Shown here: in pieces, positions 1 to 8,859 of the stretch
How the letters are laid out: the number at the start of each line of letters is the position of its first letter
Numbering within the stretch: position 1 is the first letter of the stretch
Assembly (NCBI GenBank): GCA_965368975.1
Contig: CBDUPA010000007.1
Coordinates: 128,001 to 192,000, forward strand
From: an uncultured bacterium
GTDB taxonomy: Bacteria; Acidobacteriota; Thermoanaerobaculia; Multivoradales; JAHZIX01
DNA length: 64,000 nt
Reading direction: 5' to 3'
The notes under the pieces: model-generated
What the model was told of the DNA's origin: nothing
The model's database searches: none
The model's input: only the letters and a program-made list of their open reading frames with translations
Program-made: the position numbers and the translations under genes

Positions 1-241
1 GGAAGACTAGCCGCCACTGGCTATTGACCCGGATGCTGTGGAGTCCTTCCAAACCGCCGCGTAGGCCTTCGAGGCGATTACCCGGTGGTGATCGAAGGTC
101 GATCAAGTCGTGGGAATAGTGCAGCATGTCGAGCTTGCGCCGAGCGACTTTGGAGACTCCGAACCAGCGGACGCGAGGGCCCAGGCGACCGTGAACGAAG
201 AAGGTCTCGACATTTGGGCAACTGAAGCTCTGGATCGCCAT
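1..241 (-). CDS. higB: HigB/RelE-family toxin (plasmid maintenance killer protein), truncated by window edge
   Basis: Not in ORF track. Manual translation from ATG at 241 gives MAIQSFSCPNVETFFVHG...ARRKLDMLHYSHDLIDLRSPPGNRLEGLRGGLEGLHSIRVNSQWRLVF, with the HigB motifs DLRSPPGNRLE and SIRVNxQWRLVF. Confidence 0.88.
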   Translation of the reverse strand, partial: MAIQSFSCPNVETFFVHGRLGPRVRWFGVSKVARRKLDMLHYSHDLIDLRSPPGNRLEGLRGGLEGLHSIRVNSQWRLVF

Positions 242-251
242 CCTCCGATAG

Positions 252-282
252 TACCTTGAATGGGTATACCTTGTCGAGGTAT
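252..282. promoter_or_regulatory. Tandem imperfect palindromes, putative HigA operator
   Basis: TACCTTGAATGGGTA followed by TACCTTGTCGAGGTAT (TACC...GGTA twice) directly upstream of the higB start. Confidence 0.5.
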
Positions 283-329
283 TAACCTCCTTGGGGCTGG
301 CGCACTGCTGGTGCTACCATTCCGGGGTC

Positions 330-668
330 ATGCCCAACCTCGACGCTCGCTCTGACGATCTCCCTTCCGGCCTCGTCTTTTTCCGCCCGAGCACTCCCGC
401 AGCCGTGCGGCGCCGCCGCTGGACCCTCGTGGCGGTGTTGGTGACGGCGGCGATCGCCTTGACGTGGCCGGTCTACAGCTTCTTCAGCGTCGCGACGCCG
501 CTGATCCTGGGCCTGCCGTTGTCGTTGGCCTGGGGAGTCTTGTGGGCCTTGGTGATCTTCGTCTCCCTGGCCTGGCTGTTCTGGTTCGGCGACGAAGAGG
601 GGGCGCCGTTTCCGGATGATGAACCCTCTGCTGGCGAAGACAACGAGACTGCAGGGGGGGAAGGTTGA
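330..668 (+). CDS. Small two-TM membrane protein (DUF3311/DUF485-like symporter partner)
   Basis: Two hydrophobic helices with 'PLILGLPLSLAW'; stop overlaps the symporter ATG (TGATG). Confidence 0.7.
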   Translation: MPNLDARSDDLPSGLVFFRPSTPAAVRRRRWTLVAVLVTAAIALTWPVYSFFSVATPLILGLPLSLAWGVLWALVIFVSLAWLFWFGDEEGAPFPDDEPSAGEDNETAGGEG

Positions 669-2158
669 TGGACGTCGGCACGACGGCACTGGTGATCTGC
701 AGCATCTACCTGGCGATCACGCTGGCCATGGGCGTGATCCCGGGGCTCAAGGTCTCCAAGAGTGTGACCGGCTACGTGGCCGGTGACCGGGCGATGGGCG
801 CGCTGGTGCTCTACTTCGTGATCGGCGCTTCGGTGTTTTCGTCGTTCGCGTTCTTGGGCGCGCCGGGCTGGGCGTACTCGCGCGGCATGGCGGCGATGTA
901 CATCATCGCGTATGGCACCTTGGGCATGGTGCCGCTCTACTTCATGGGACCGCGGGCGCGGCGAGTCGGGGCGAAGTTCGGCTTCGTGACGCAGGCGGAG
1001 ATGCTGGCACACCGTTTCGACAGCCGGGCACTGTCGGTGATCTTGGCGGTGCTCAGTGTGGTGGTCTTCGTGCCCTACCTGGTGCTGCAGATGAAGGGGG
1101 CTGGCCTGATCGTCACGACGCTCAGCGACGGTCGCATCAGTGCCGCGACCGGGGCGGCGGTGGTCTATGGCGTGGTGCTGATCTACGTGCTGGCCAGCGG
1201 CGTCATGGGGGTGGGCTGGACCAACACCTTCCAGGGCATGTTCATGATGGTCGTCGCCTGGGGACTCGGTCTCTATCTGCCCTACAAGTTGCACGGTGGC
1301 ATCGGGCCGATGTTCGAGAAGATTCTGGCCTCGGACGCTGCCGCCTTGCTCGAAGCTCCGGGGGTAACGGGTGCCGGAGACCCTTGGAGTTGGGGGGCCT
1401 ACAGCTCGGCAGTGCTGGTGTCGGCAGTGGGCTTCTCGGTGTGGCCGCACTACTTCATGAAGAGCTTCGCCGCTGGCTCGGAGCGTACGCTGCGTCTGAC
1501 CATCGTCCTCTATCCGACGTTCCAGCTCTTCCTGGTACCGATCCTGCTGATCGGCTTCTCGGCCATCCTCGCCTACCCCGGCGTGACGCCTTCGGACACG
1601 ATCCTGCCGTACATTTTGACGCAGGTGGAACTGCCGGCGTTGCTGATCGGCCTGGTGTGCGCGGGGGTGCTGGCGGCGTCGATGTCGTCGGGTGACGCGA
1701 TCTTGCACGCAGCGGCTTGTATCGGCGTGTGTGACGGCGTGGCCAAGCTGGGCCGGCCGGAGCGTGGCTGGAAGCTCGACGATCGGCGCCAGCGGCTGTA
1801 CATCCGCATCTTCGTGGTGGCCTTGAGCCTGGTGTCGTACTACTTCGCGGTGATCTCGAACATCGACATCGTCAGTCTCTTGCTCGGCGCCTACGGTGGC
1901 GTGGCGCAGATCTTCCCGCTGGTCTTCGCCTGCTTCTACTGGCCACGGGCCAACGGCACCGGGGCCTTGGCAGGCTTGCTGGCGGGCATCGGCACCAATA
2001 CCTTCTTCCTGCTGCTGCCACAGCTCAAGCCGTGGCCCCTGCACGAGGGGATCTACGGTTTGGCGGCCAATCTGCTGGCCCTTGTTTGTGTCTCGCTGCG
2101 GACCGCACCGCCGTCCGCGCAGCGCGTGCGCCCCTACCTAGACGCCGGCTCGACCTGA
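668..2158 (+). CDS. Sodium:solute symporter (SSS) family protein
   Basis: About 13 TM helices; motifs YVAGDR, SSFAFLGAPGWAY, LAASMSSGD. Confidence 0.92.
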   Translation: MDVGTTALVICSIYLAITLAMGVIPGLKVSKSVTGYVAGDRAMGALVLYFVIGASVFSSFAFLGAPGWAYSRGMAAMYIIAYGTLGMVPLYFMGPRARRVGAKFGFVTQAEMLAHRFDSRALSVILAVLSVVVFVPYLVLQMKGAGLIVTTLSDGRISAATGAAVVYGVVLIYVLASGVMGVGWTNTFQGMFMMVVAWGLGLYLPYKLHGGIGPMFEKILASDAAALLEAPGVTGAGDPWSWGAYSSAVLVSAVGFSVWPHYFMKSFAAGSERTLRLTIVLYPTFQLFLVPILLIGFSAILAYPGVTPSDTILPYILTQVELPALLIGLVCAGVLAASMSSGDAILHAAACIGVCDGVAKLGRPERGWKLDDRRQRLYIRIFVVALSLVSYYFAVISNIDIVSLLLGAYGGVAQIFPLVFACFYWPRANGTGALAGLLAGIGTNTFFLLLPQLKPWPLHEGIYGLAANLLALVCVSLRTAPPSAQRVRPYLDAGST

Positions 2159-2198
2159 GCGGATCGGCTCGACCAGCGACGCGAGACAAGTCTGGAGG

Positions 2199-2888
2199 CT
2201 ATTCCGGCGTCGGTTCCGGCACCAGCCGGTGGCGGACGGCGTAGCTGACCGCCTGGGCTCGGCTGTGCAGGTGCAGCTTCTCGAGGATGTTGCGGACGTG
2301 GAACTTGGCCGTGTTCTCGCTCACGCCGAGCCGGCGGGCGAGCTGGCGGTTGGAGGTCACGCCGTCGACCAGCAGCTGCAGCACTTCCTGTTCGCGGTCG
2401 GTGAGTGCGGTCGGGTCTTTGCGCCCGCCGCCCTCCCTTGGGCCACCGCCGCGGGCGAACTCGCGCAGCACCTTGCGCGCCAGGCTGGGCGTCAGCGCCG
2501 GCTCGCCACGGGTCGAGTTCTCCAGCAGCTCGAAGAATTCTTCGGCTTCCAAGTTCTTCAGCAGGTATCCTTGGGCGCCGGCCTTGAGGGCTTCGAAGAG
2601 GTCGTCGTCGCTGTCCGAGGACGTGAGGACCAAGACGCGCACATTCGGCAGTTCATCGGTCAGCCGACGTGTGGCTTCGAGACCGTCCATTTCCGGCATG
2701 CGCAGGTCCATCAGGACCACATCCGGCTGGCACTCGTGCGCCAGGCGGACGGCCTCACGGCCGTTCTCGGCTTCCCCGACAACATCAATGCCGCGCGCTT
2801 CTAGCAGGCCTTTGAGGCTGTCGCGCAGCAGCGCGTGGTCGTCAGCGATGAGGAGCCTCATGGCTGGTTGTTCGGTCGATTCCGGCAT
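2199..2888 (-). CDS. NarL/LuxR-family response regulator
   Basis: REC domain (LIADDH, DVVLMDLRMP, GYLLK) plus LuxR HTH (LTDREQEVL...HVRNILEKL). Start uncertain (2918/2888/2861). Confidence 0.93.
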   Translation of the reverse strand: MPESTEQPAMRLLIADDHALLRDSLKGLLEARGIDVVGEAENGREAVRLAHECQPDVVLMDLRMPEMDGLEATRRLTDELPNVRVLVLTSSDSDDDLFEALKAGAQGYLLKNLEAEEFFELLENSTRGEPALTPSLARKVLREFARGGGPREGGGRKDPTALTDREQEVLQLLVDGVTSNRQLARRLGVSENTAKFHVRNILEKLHLHSRAQAVSYAVRHRLVPEPTPE

Positions 2889-3120
2889 ATCTCTCCAGGT
2901 GGTTCTTTCTTGGATCACGGACGTAGGCGGAACAACAAGTGCTGTAACGGTACCACGAGGAGCCGATGGAAAAGTACCAGCCAGCTCGATGTGCAGTTTA
3001 TGCGTTAGCTCGTATTTTTGCTGGTACGACCATGCGGCCGTTTCACCATTCGAGTATGCGACTAGGTCTTTGACCTTGCGCGAATTCTGAAGTCATGCTA
3101 GCTTTTGACTCATGTAATGA

Positions 3121-3139
3121 CCGGCGTGTTTCACGCCGG
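3121..3139. promoter_or_regulatory. Perfect inverted repeat in divergent intergenic region
   Basis: CCGGCGTG-TTT-CACGCCGG between the response regulator and the porin gene. Confidence 0.35.
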
Positions 3140-3250
3140 ATCTTCTGAGCTAGCTTGCCGTGCTCTCGCACGGACCGCTGCCTATGCGCGGCTCTGAGTC
3201 TTGCCCTTACGTCTACCTGATTTGTCTCTCGACCTAAGGGGGTCCATGAA

Positions 3251-4438
3251 ATGGGAACTCGTTTCCTTGCAGTATCCTTGTGCCTTGCGCTGGCTTTCGC
3301 CGGCAGTGTCTGTCAAGCAGCAGACTGGACGGATCGACTCACGATCAACGGTTTTGGTGACTGGAGCTACGGGCAGATGTCCGGAGAAAACAGCTTCGTC
3401 AGTGCAACACCCGAGGGGGCGTGGGACTTCGTTGACTTCTCACTCAGCCTGAGAGCCTCGCTGAGCGAGACGGTCAGCGCTGCCGTTCAGCTGAACTGGA
3501 ACACCTCCGAGCAGCTGTTGGGTGAAGAAGAGGAAGAGGACACAGTGGGATTGGAACTGGCGTTTGTCGCTTGGGATGTGACGCCGAACACCACGCTCCG
3601 ATTTGGCCGTGCCCGGATGCCGTTCGGGAATTACTCTGAGTACTTGCACGCGGGCGTCGTGCGGCCCTTTGTCTACCTGCCGCAGTCGATCTATGGTGCT
3701 TCACAGCTGGTGTCACAGTCTTTCGACGGCCTGGGCTTGACGGGTGGTGTCGAGTTCGAGAGTGGCTGGAGTCTTGGCTACGATGCGTTTGCCGGTGAAA
3801 TCGACTTTCCGCGACTCGAGCCACACGAGTGTCTAGAGGAGGCCGAGGAAGGCGAGATCATCGATGGCTGTGGGGAAGAGGCGGAGTTGGGAGACACAGT
3901 AGGTGGTCGACTGCTACTGAGCACTCCTGGAGGCCTCCGCTTTGGCGGCAGCTTCTATACCGGAGATCAGGCGAGCCTGGACGCAGACGATGACGAGTCT
4001 CAGCGTCTGGATGTGTTTGGCGTTCAGGCTGACTACGAGAGTAACCACTTCCAGGTTCGTGCCGAGTGGGCCCGCACCGAGAACGACGGAGAGAACGAGG
4101 TCGTCAACGCCGGGTACCTGGAGGTGGTCTACCGTTTGACGGAGCAGTGGCAGCTCGCGGTGCGCTACGACATGCTGGAGCAGACCCTCGACGACGAGGA
4201 AGAGGACGAACTCGCTGAGGTCTTCGAGGACTACCAGACCTTGCTCGAGCACGACGAGCTGGCTTTCGGGATCAACTACTGGGTCAATCCAAATTTCGTT
4301 CTGAAGGCGTCGTTCCACCGTATCGAGGGGAACCACCTCTCGCTGCCCGAGGACTTCCTGGAAGACGCCACAGAAGGCGAACTGGAGTTGGAGACCGAGA
4401 GCGACATGTTCCTGCTCGGGGCGAGTTTCACCTTCTGA
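3251..4438 (+). CDS. Outer-membrane beta-barrel / porin-like protein with acidic loops
   Basis: Signal peptide, alternating amphipathic strands, C-terminal Phe (GASFTF), poly-acidic loops EEEEED and DDEEEDE. Confidence 0.75.
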   Translation: MGTRFLAVSLCLALAFAGSVCQAADWTDRLTINGFGDWSYGQMSGENSFVSATPEGAWDFVDFSLSLRASLSETVSAAVQLNWNTSEQLLGEEEEEDTVGLELAFVAWDVTPNTTLRFGRARMPFGNYSEYLHAGVVRPFVYLPQSIYGASQLVSQSFDGLGLTGGVEFESGWSLGYDAFAGEIDFPRLEPHECLEEAEEGEIIDGCGEEAELGDTVGGRLLLSTPGGLRFGGSFYTGDQASLDADDDESQRLDVFGVQADYESNHFQVRAEWARTENDGENEVVNAGYLEVVYRLTEQWQLAVRYDMLEQTLDDEEEDELAEVFEDYQTLLEHDELAFGINYWVNPNFVLKASFHRIEGNHLSLPEDFLEDATEGELELETESDMFLLGASFTF

Positions 4439-4536
4439 GGAGCCGCTCGGCTCATTCTGCCCTTAGTTGTGAACGCTTCGGTGGACCTTCTTGTGTTCCA
4501 GTGATTGCGCCGCTGTTTGTTGCATCAGCAAGGCTT

Positions 4537-4552
4537 TGGCGTGAGAATTGAT
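4537..4552 (+). promoter_or_regulatory. Possible sigma54 -24/-12 promoter upstream of microviridin precursor 1
   Basis: TGGCGT-GAGAA-TTGAT: correct GG-N10-G spacing, but the -12 element is TTGA rather than TTGC. Confidence 0.35.
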
Positions 4553-4613
4553 AGGTATCTTCCTGATACGGGTGGGACTGTCCCCAGCCCGTATGTGAAA
4601 CAAGGAGAATGCC

Positions 4614-4760
4614 ATGAAGAAGCGCCCCAAGACCGAGAAGAAGCCTTTCTTCGCTCGCTTCCTGGAAGCAGAGCAGTTGGACAAGGCCACCGGCGGTCGC
4701 CCGCCGTTCGTCACTCTGAAGTGGCCCTCTGACGATGACGAAGGCGGTGTGGAGATCTAG
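4614..4760 (+). CDS. mdnA: Microviridin-type precursor peptide 1 (48 aa)
   Basis: Not in ORF track. RBS AAGGAG. MKKRPKTEKKPFFARFLEAEQLDKATGG-RPPFVTLKWPSDDDEGGVEI: PFFARFL leader motif, GG, TxK(W)PSD core. Confidence 0.93.
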   Translation: MKKRPKTEKKPFFARFLEAEQLDKATGGRPPFVTLKWPSDDDEGGVEI

Positions 4761-4773
4761 GCACCGCTAGGAG

Positions 4774-4830
4774 TCATGGTGCGCCGAGTTGCTAGACCAC
4801 GATTTGGCTTTAGAGCGCGGTGCGCCATGA
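4774..4830 (+). other. Imperfect RNA stem-loop after precursor 1
   Basis: TCATGGTGCGCCG...CGGTGCGCCATGA pairs with two G-U wobbles. Confidence 0.45.
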
Positions 4831-5003
4831 TCCCCTTGTGACTGGGTGGGTTGACTTCACTTGTTAATGCCAGTTGAGCCGGATGCGTACAAGGAGTATG
4901 AGGACGAAAAGCAAAGCGACCAGCCACTGAGAATCAGCCGCTAGTCGTCCAGGCAGCCTCAGAAACGCTCTTCTAATTATCAGGTTCAAAAGGAGTTAAG
5001 GCC

Positions 5004-5156
5004 ATGAAGAAGAAGTTTTCGGCAAAGAGTCAGCAAGAAACCAAGCAGCAGCCCTTCTTCGCCCGTTTCTTGGAGAATCAGGAACTGGCCGAGAGCAGTG
5101 GTGGCAACTGGCATACCACCAAGTACCCGTCTGACAACGATGAGTGGTGGCCGTGA
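5004..5156 (+). CDS. mdnA: Microviridin-type precursor peptide 2 (50 aa)
   Basis: Not in ORF track. RBS AAGGAG. MKKKFSAKSQQETKQQPFFARFLENQELAESSGG-NWHTTKYPSDNDEWWP. Confidence 0.95.
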   Translation: MKKKFSAKSQQETKQQPFFARFLENQELAESSGGNWHTTKYPSDNDEWWP

Positions 5157-5287
5157 TGAAGAAGAAGGTACAGCCTGAGAAGAAGCCCTTCTTCAGCCGC
5201 TTTCTCGAGCAGCAAGAGCTGGCGCAGAGTACCGGCGGCAAGCCGGATCAGACGATGAAGTACCCGTCTGACAACGACGAGTGGTGA
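5156..5287 (+). CDS. mdnA: Microviridin-type precursor peptide 3 (43 aa)
   Basis: Not in ORF track. TGATG coupling to precursor 2. MKKKVQPEKKPFFSRFLEQQELAQSTGG-KPDQTMKYPSDNDEW. Confidence 0.95.
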   Translation: MKKKVQPEKKPFFSRFLEQQELAQSTGGKPDQTMKYPSDNDEW

Positions 5288-5314
5288 TGGCTGAGCTGAG
5301 TTGAAGCCTCCCCT

Positions 5315-5345
5315 GGGCGCCGCCGTGAGGATCATGGCGGCGTTC
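5315..5345 (+). terminator. Stem-loop between precursors and ligases (attenuator or mRNA stabiliser)
   Basis: GGGCGCCGCCGTGA-GGA-TCATGGCGGCGTTC, a 14-bp stem with G-U pairs. Confidence 0.55.
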
Positions 5346-5378
5346 GTCGTTTGAAGGCCCGTTATTCCGGGAGATCCG

Positions 5379-6359
5379 ATGTCTGCCGCCCCGGCTATCC
5401 TGCTGATTACACACAGCCGCGATGTCTTCACCATCGACCGGGTCGTGGATGCCCTGAGCGCGTCTGGTGCTCGGCCGCTACGCCTGGACACCGACCGCTT
5501 TCCCGAGCAGGTGGGATTGTCCTATCTGGACGGTACCGCCTACCTCGATCTCGGTGGGGTGCGCGTCGACGGCAGTGAGATCCGTGCGGTATGGACGCGC
5601 AGCTACTGGCCGCCGGCCGGGTCTGAGCAGTGGGAACCGGCCTATCGTGAGGCTAGCCTGCACGCTACCCGCTTGGCACTGGACGGCGTGCTCGACAGTC
5701 TCGGCGGTGGTGCCGAGCCGGCGGTCTGGATCAGTCCACGGCCGGCCGTCGATCGTGCCCACAACAAGCTGGTGCAGTTCCGCGCAGCCACCGCCTGCGG
5801 GCTGGCGCAGCCACCGACCCTGGTGACCAACGAACCGGACGCCGTACGCCGCTTCTTCGATGCGTGTGAGGGCGACGTGGTGACCAAGATGTTGGTGCCG
5901 CTCTCCATGTCGATGGATCGTTCGGGTGCCTTCATGCCCACGAGCGACCTCGGGCGCTGCGACCTGGAGCACCTGGACAGCTTACGCCTGTGCCCGATGA
6001 TCTTTCAGCGCAAGGTGCCCAAAGAGGTTGAGCTGAGGGTGGCCTATGTCGACGGCGAGTGTTTCACCGGCGCCATTCGGGTGCCCGAGCGCACTGACTG
6101 GCGCACCTCCGAGGCCGTGGAAGCTCGCTGGGAGTTCCATCAACTCGCCTCCGATATCCGCGACGGTCTGCGCCGTTTGATGCAGCGCCTGGGGCTGACC
6201 TACGGCGCCCTGGACCTGATCGTCACACCAGAAGGCGAGCACGTCTTTCTCGAAGTCAACCCTCTCGGCGAGTGGGGCATGCTGGAGCGAGACTTGGAGT
6301 TGCCGATCTCCGCCGCCATTTCCCGTGCGCTACTGACCGCCGCGCAAGCGGCCGGCTAG
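5379..6359 (+). CDS. mdnB: ATP-grasp ligase, MdnB/MvdC-like (lactam-forming)
   Basis: N-terminus LLITHSRDVFTIDRV...RLDTDRFP resembles MdnB; C-terminal VFLEVNPLGEWGMLERDL. Confidence 0.9.
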   Translation: MSAAPAILLITHSRDVFTIDRVVDALSASGARPLRLDTDRFPEQVGLSYLDGTAYLDLGGVRVDGSEIRAVWTRSYWPPAGSEQWEPAYREASLHATRLALDGVLDSLGGGAEPAVWISPRPAVDRAHNKLVQFRAATACGLAQPPTLVTNEPDAVRRFFDACEGDVVTKMLVPLSMSMDRSGAFMPTSDLGRCDLEHLDSLRLCPMIFQRKVPKEVELRVAYVDGECFTGAIRVPERTDWRTSEAVEARWEFHQLASDIRDGLRRLMQRLGLTYGALDLIVTPEGEHVFLEVNPLGEWGMLERDLELPISAAISRALLTAAQAAG

Positions 6360-6370
6360 AGGTACAAGCC

Positions 6371-7378
6371 ATGAGTATTCTGATCCTCACCTATAGCGAA
6401 GACCACGAAGGTCTCGATGTTCTGAGCAGCCGCCTCCAAAATCTGGGGCAGGAGGTCGTGCGGCTGAATACCGACGAATTCCCCACCTCCGTGCGTCTCA
6501 GCGTCGGCTACGGCGATGAGGCCGACACGCTGCGCTTGGTGCCAGCAGAGGGAGGCGAGCCCGCCGATCTGCGCAAAGTGACGGCGATCTGGAATCGTCG
6601 CTATTTCACCGGCCGGCAGATCCCCGACGATCTCGATCCACAGCTGCGGGAGCCGTCGGTCGAAGAGAGTCGTCGCACGGTGACGGGGTTCGTGGCGGCA
6701 CTGGAAGCCGAGGGAGTGTTTGCGCTCGACCCACTGCGCGCCGCCGGGCATGCGCGCCAGAAACCCTTGCAACTGGCGCTGGCCCGCGAGCTCGGCCTCG
6801 AGCTGCCGCGCACCTTGATCAGCAACGACCCGGACGAGGCACGTGCCTTTGCCGGTCGCTGCAAGCAAGGAGTGGTCACCAAGATGATGACGTCCTTTGC
6901 GGTCTACGATGGTGATGGGCGCGAGAACGTGGTGTTCACCAATGCGCTCGGCGCCGAGGATCTGGCCGCACTCGACGACGGTCTCGACCTGTGTCCGATG
7001 ACCTTCCAGGAGGCGATCCCCAAGAAGTTGGAGATCCGCACCACGATTATCGGACACGAGGTGTTCTCCGGTGCCATCGACTCGCAGTCCAGTGATCGGG
7101 CGCAGCATGACTGGCGTCGTGATGGTGCCGGCATGATCGAGCAGTGGCGGCCCTACGAGTTGCCAGCGGATGTGGCCGACAAGTTGCTGCGTCTGCACGA
7201 TCGCCTGGGGTTGAATTACGGTGCCTCGGATCTGATCCTGACTCCGGACGGCCGTCATGTCTTCCTGGAGGTGAACCCGGTGGGGGAGTTCTACTGGTTG
7301 GAGCGTCACGCCGGTCTGCCGCTGATGCGAGCCCTGGCGGATGTGTTGGTCAAGCCGGAGAAGCGGCGGCTTCCCTGA
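6371..7378 (+). CDS. mdnC: ATP-grasp ligase, MdnC/MvdD-like (lactone-forming)
   Basis: MSILILTYSED...RLNTDEFP, KMMTSFAVY...ENVVFTN, CPMTFQE, VFLEVNPVGEFYWLE. Probable start is ATG 6371 within ORF 6272..7378. Confidence 0.9.
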   Translation: MSILILTYSEDHEGLDVLSSRLQNLGQEVVRLNTDEFPTSVRLSVGYGDEADTLRLVPAEGGEPADLRKVTAIWNRRYFTGRQIPDDLDPQLREPSVEESRRTVTGFVAALEAEGVFALDPLRAAGHARQKPLQLALARELGLELPRTLISNDPDEARAFAGRCKQGVVTKMMTSFAVYDGDGRENVVFTNALGAEDLAALDDGLDLCPMTFQEAIPKKLEIRTTIIGHEVFSGAIDSQSSDRAQHDWRRDGAGMIEQWRPYELPADVADKLLRLHDRLGLNYGASDLILTPDGRHVFLEVNPVGEFYWLERHAGLPLMRALADVLVKPEKRRLP

Positions 7379-7456
7379 TCCAGCTCCTGCTCTGTTGTCG
7401 GAGCAGTGAGAGCCTGGGGATGCTAGTCAGAGTCGTGCCAAGTAGAGCGGTGCCAG

Positions 7457-8746
7457 TCAGGGCGGTGCGCAACGTGGCAGCATCACGCTGAACGTGCTGC
7501 CACGGCCACGCTCAGACTCGCACCACACGCGTCCACCGCAGCGTCGGACCATGGTGCGTACGTAGGTCAGGCCGACGCCTTCCCCCTCGACGCTTTGTCG
7601 CCCCAGTCGACGGAACATCTCGAACGCCCGCTCGACCTGCTCTGCCGACATGCCTCGGCCGTTGTCGTGCACCCGGAAGATGAATGCCTCGTCGCCGAGC
7701 TCCGCTCGGATGTGGATCTCTCCGGGCCGGCTCGCCGATAGGTAGTTGACAGCGTTGCTCAGCAGGTTGGCGAAGATCAACTCCAGCGCCGTGCGATCAC
7801 CCACGATGGTCGGCAGCTCGTCGAGCGTCACACTGCAGCCGCGCTGTTCGATCTGGTGATGCAGGGTGTCCAGCAGGTCGAGGACCAGCCTGTTCATGTC
7901 GATTGGCTCCAGCGCCAGCTCGGCGCGCCCCAAGCGGGCCAGGCGTAGTAGTGCCGAGGTCAGCTGCGCCATGCGGTGGGTGGCGGAGCGGATGAAACCA
8001 ACGGCGTCGGGGACGTCTTCGTGCAGCGCGGTCAGCACTTCGTGACGCAGACCATCCCGCAGCTGCGGCAACAGTGATTCTGTCGCCCCGGCTACCAGCG
8101 CCAGGGCTTCTTCCAACTCGCTGACGAAGCCCTGGAGGTTGACCAGCGGTGCTCGCAGATCGTGGGACACGACGTGGGCGAAGCGGCGCAGCTCTTCGTT
8201 GGCCCGTTCCAACTCTTCGGTGCGCTCCAGGACACGTTGTTCGAGGGACGTGCGGGCCTCCTGTAGGTCGGACGCGGTCTGCTTGAGCAGGGTGATGTCC
8301 TGCAGGTTGGCAATGATGTAGCTCGGCCGACCCTCGGCGTCGCGGACCAGGGTCAGGCAGAGTAGTCCCCAGAGCACGCTGCCGTCTTTGCGAATGTAGC
8401 GGCGCTCCTCTTCCAGATAGGGGATATCGCCGTTGAGCAACTCGTGGTGGTGTTCGACCGTCGCGGCCAGGTCTTCCGGGTGATTGACCGCGGTGAATTC
8501 CAGTTGTAGCAGTTCCTGACGGGAGTACCCGAGCATGCGACACAGAGCCGGGTTGACCTCGCGCAAGGAGCCGTCAGCACCCAGCAGGGCAATGCCGGTC
8601 AGTGAATGTTCGAAGGTACTGCGGTAGACGTCTGGGGGACGGTGGTCTCGGCTCATGCTCGCTTGGTGAGAGACAGGGTTCGAATCTGCGCTCAGCTGGG
8701 GAGGGCCGAGGGTCCAAGGCAGGACGCTGGTTCGGAGAAGAAGCAT
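7457..8746 (-). CDS. PAS-domain sensor histidine kinase
   Basis: PAS/PAC, H-box SHDLRAPL, NLLSNAVNY, DNGRG, GEGVGL. Start may be 8656. Confidence 0.92.
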   Translation of the reverse strand: MLLLRTSVLPWTLGPPQLSADSNPVSHQASMSRDHRPPDVYRSTFEHSLTGIALLGADGSLREVNPALCRMLGYSRQELLQLEFTAVNHPEDLAATVEHHHELLNGDIPYLEEERRYIRKDGSVLWGLLCLTLVRDAEGRPSYIIANLQDITLLKQTASDLQEARTSLEQRVLERTEELERANEELRRFAHVVSHDLRAPLVNLQGFVSELEEALALVAGATESLLPQLRDGLRHEVLTALHEDVPDAVGFIRSATHRMAQLTSALLRLARLGRAELALEPIDMNRLVLDLLDTLHHQIEQRGCSVTLDELPTIVGDRTALELIFANLLSNAVNYLSASRPGEIHIRAELGDEAFIFRVHDNGRGMSAEQVERAFEMFRRLGRQSVEGEGVGLTYVRTMVRRCGGRVWCESERGRGSTFSVMLPRCAPP

Positions 8747-8859
8747 TCTCTTCGAGATCTATTATGCACCAAGAGGCTTCGGCAAGCACTCTTGATCTTG
8801 AGGTGCCGTCGACATTCTTGTTTCGTTTGCTGAAAGGAGGGCAGCCGATCCGGCGCGGC

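Noticed and set aside
2974-3027. GTACCAGC...GCTGGTAC inverted repeat as a riboswitch or ncRNA
   Set aside because: Only an 8-bp stem with a long loop and no recognisable aptamer consensus; an Rfam search would be needed.
4867-4944. Short ORFs between precursors 1 and 2 (MPVEPDAYKE...; MRTKSKATSH) as a fourth precursor
   Set aside because: No PFFARFL or TxKYPSD motif, and the AAGGAG is only 1 nt from the ATG.
4463-5578. ORF-track calls 4463..4714(-), 4505..4732(+), 4996..5241(-), 5078..5491(-), 5193..5414(-), 5351..5578(+)
   Set aside because: They are antisense or off-frame shadows of the three real precursor genes and the first ligase.
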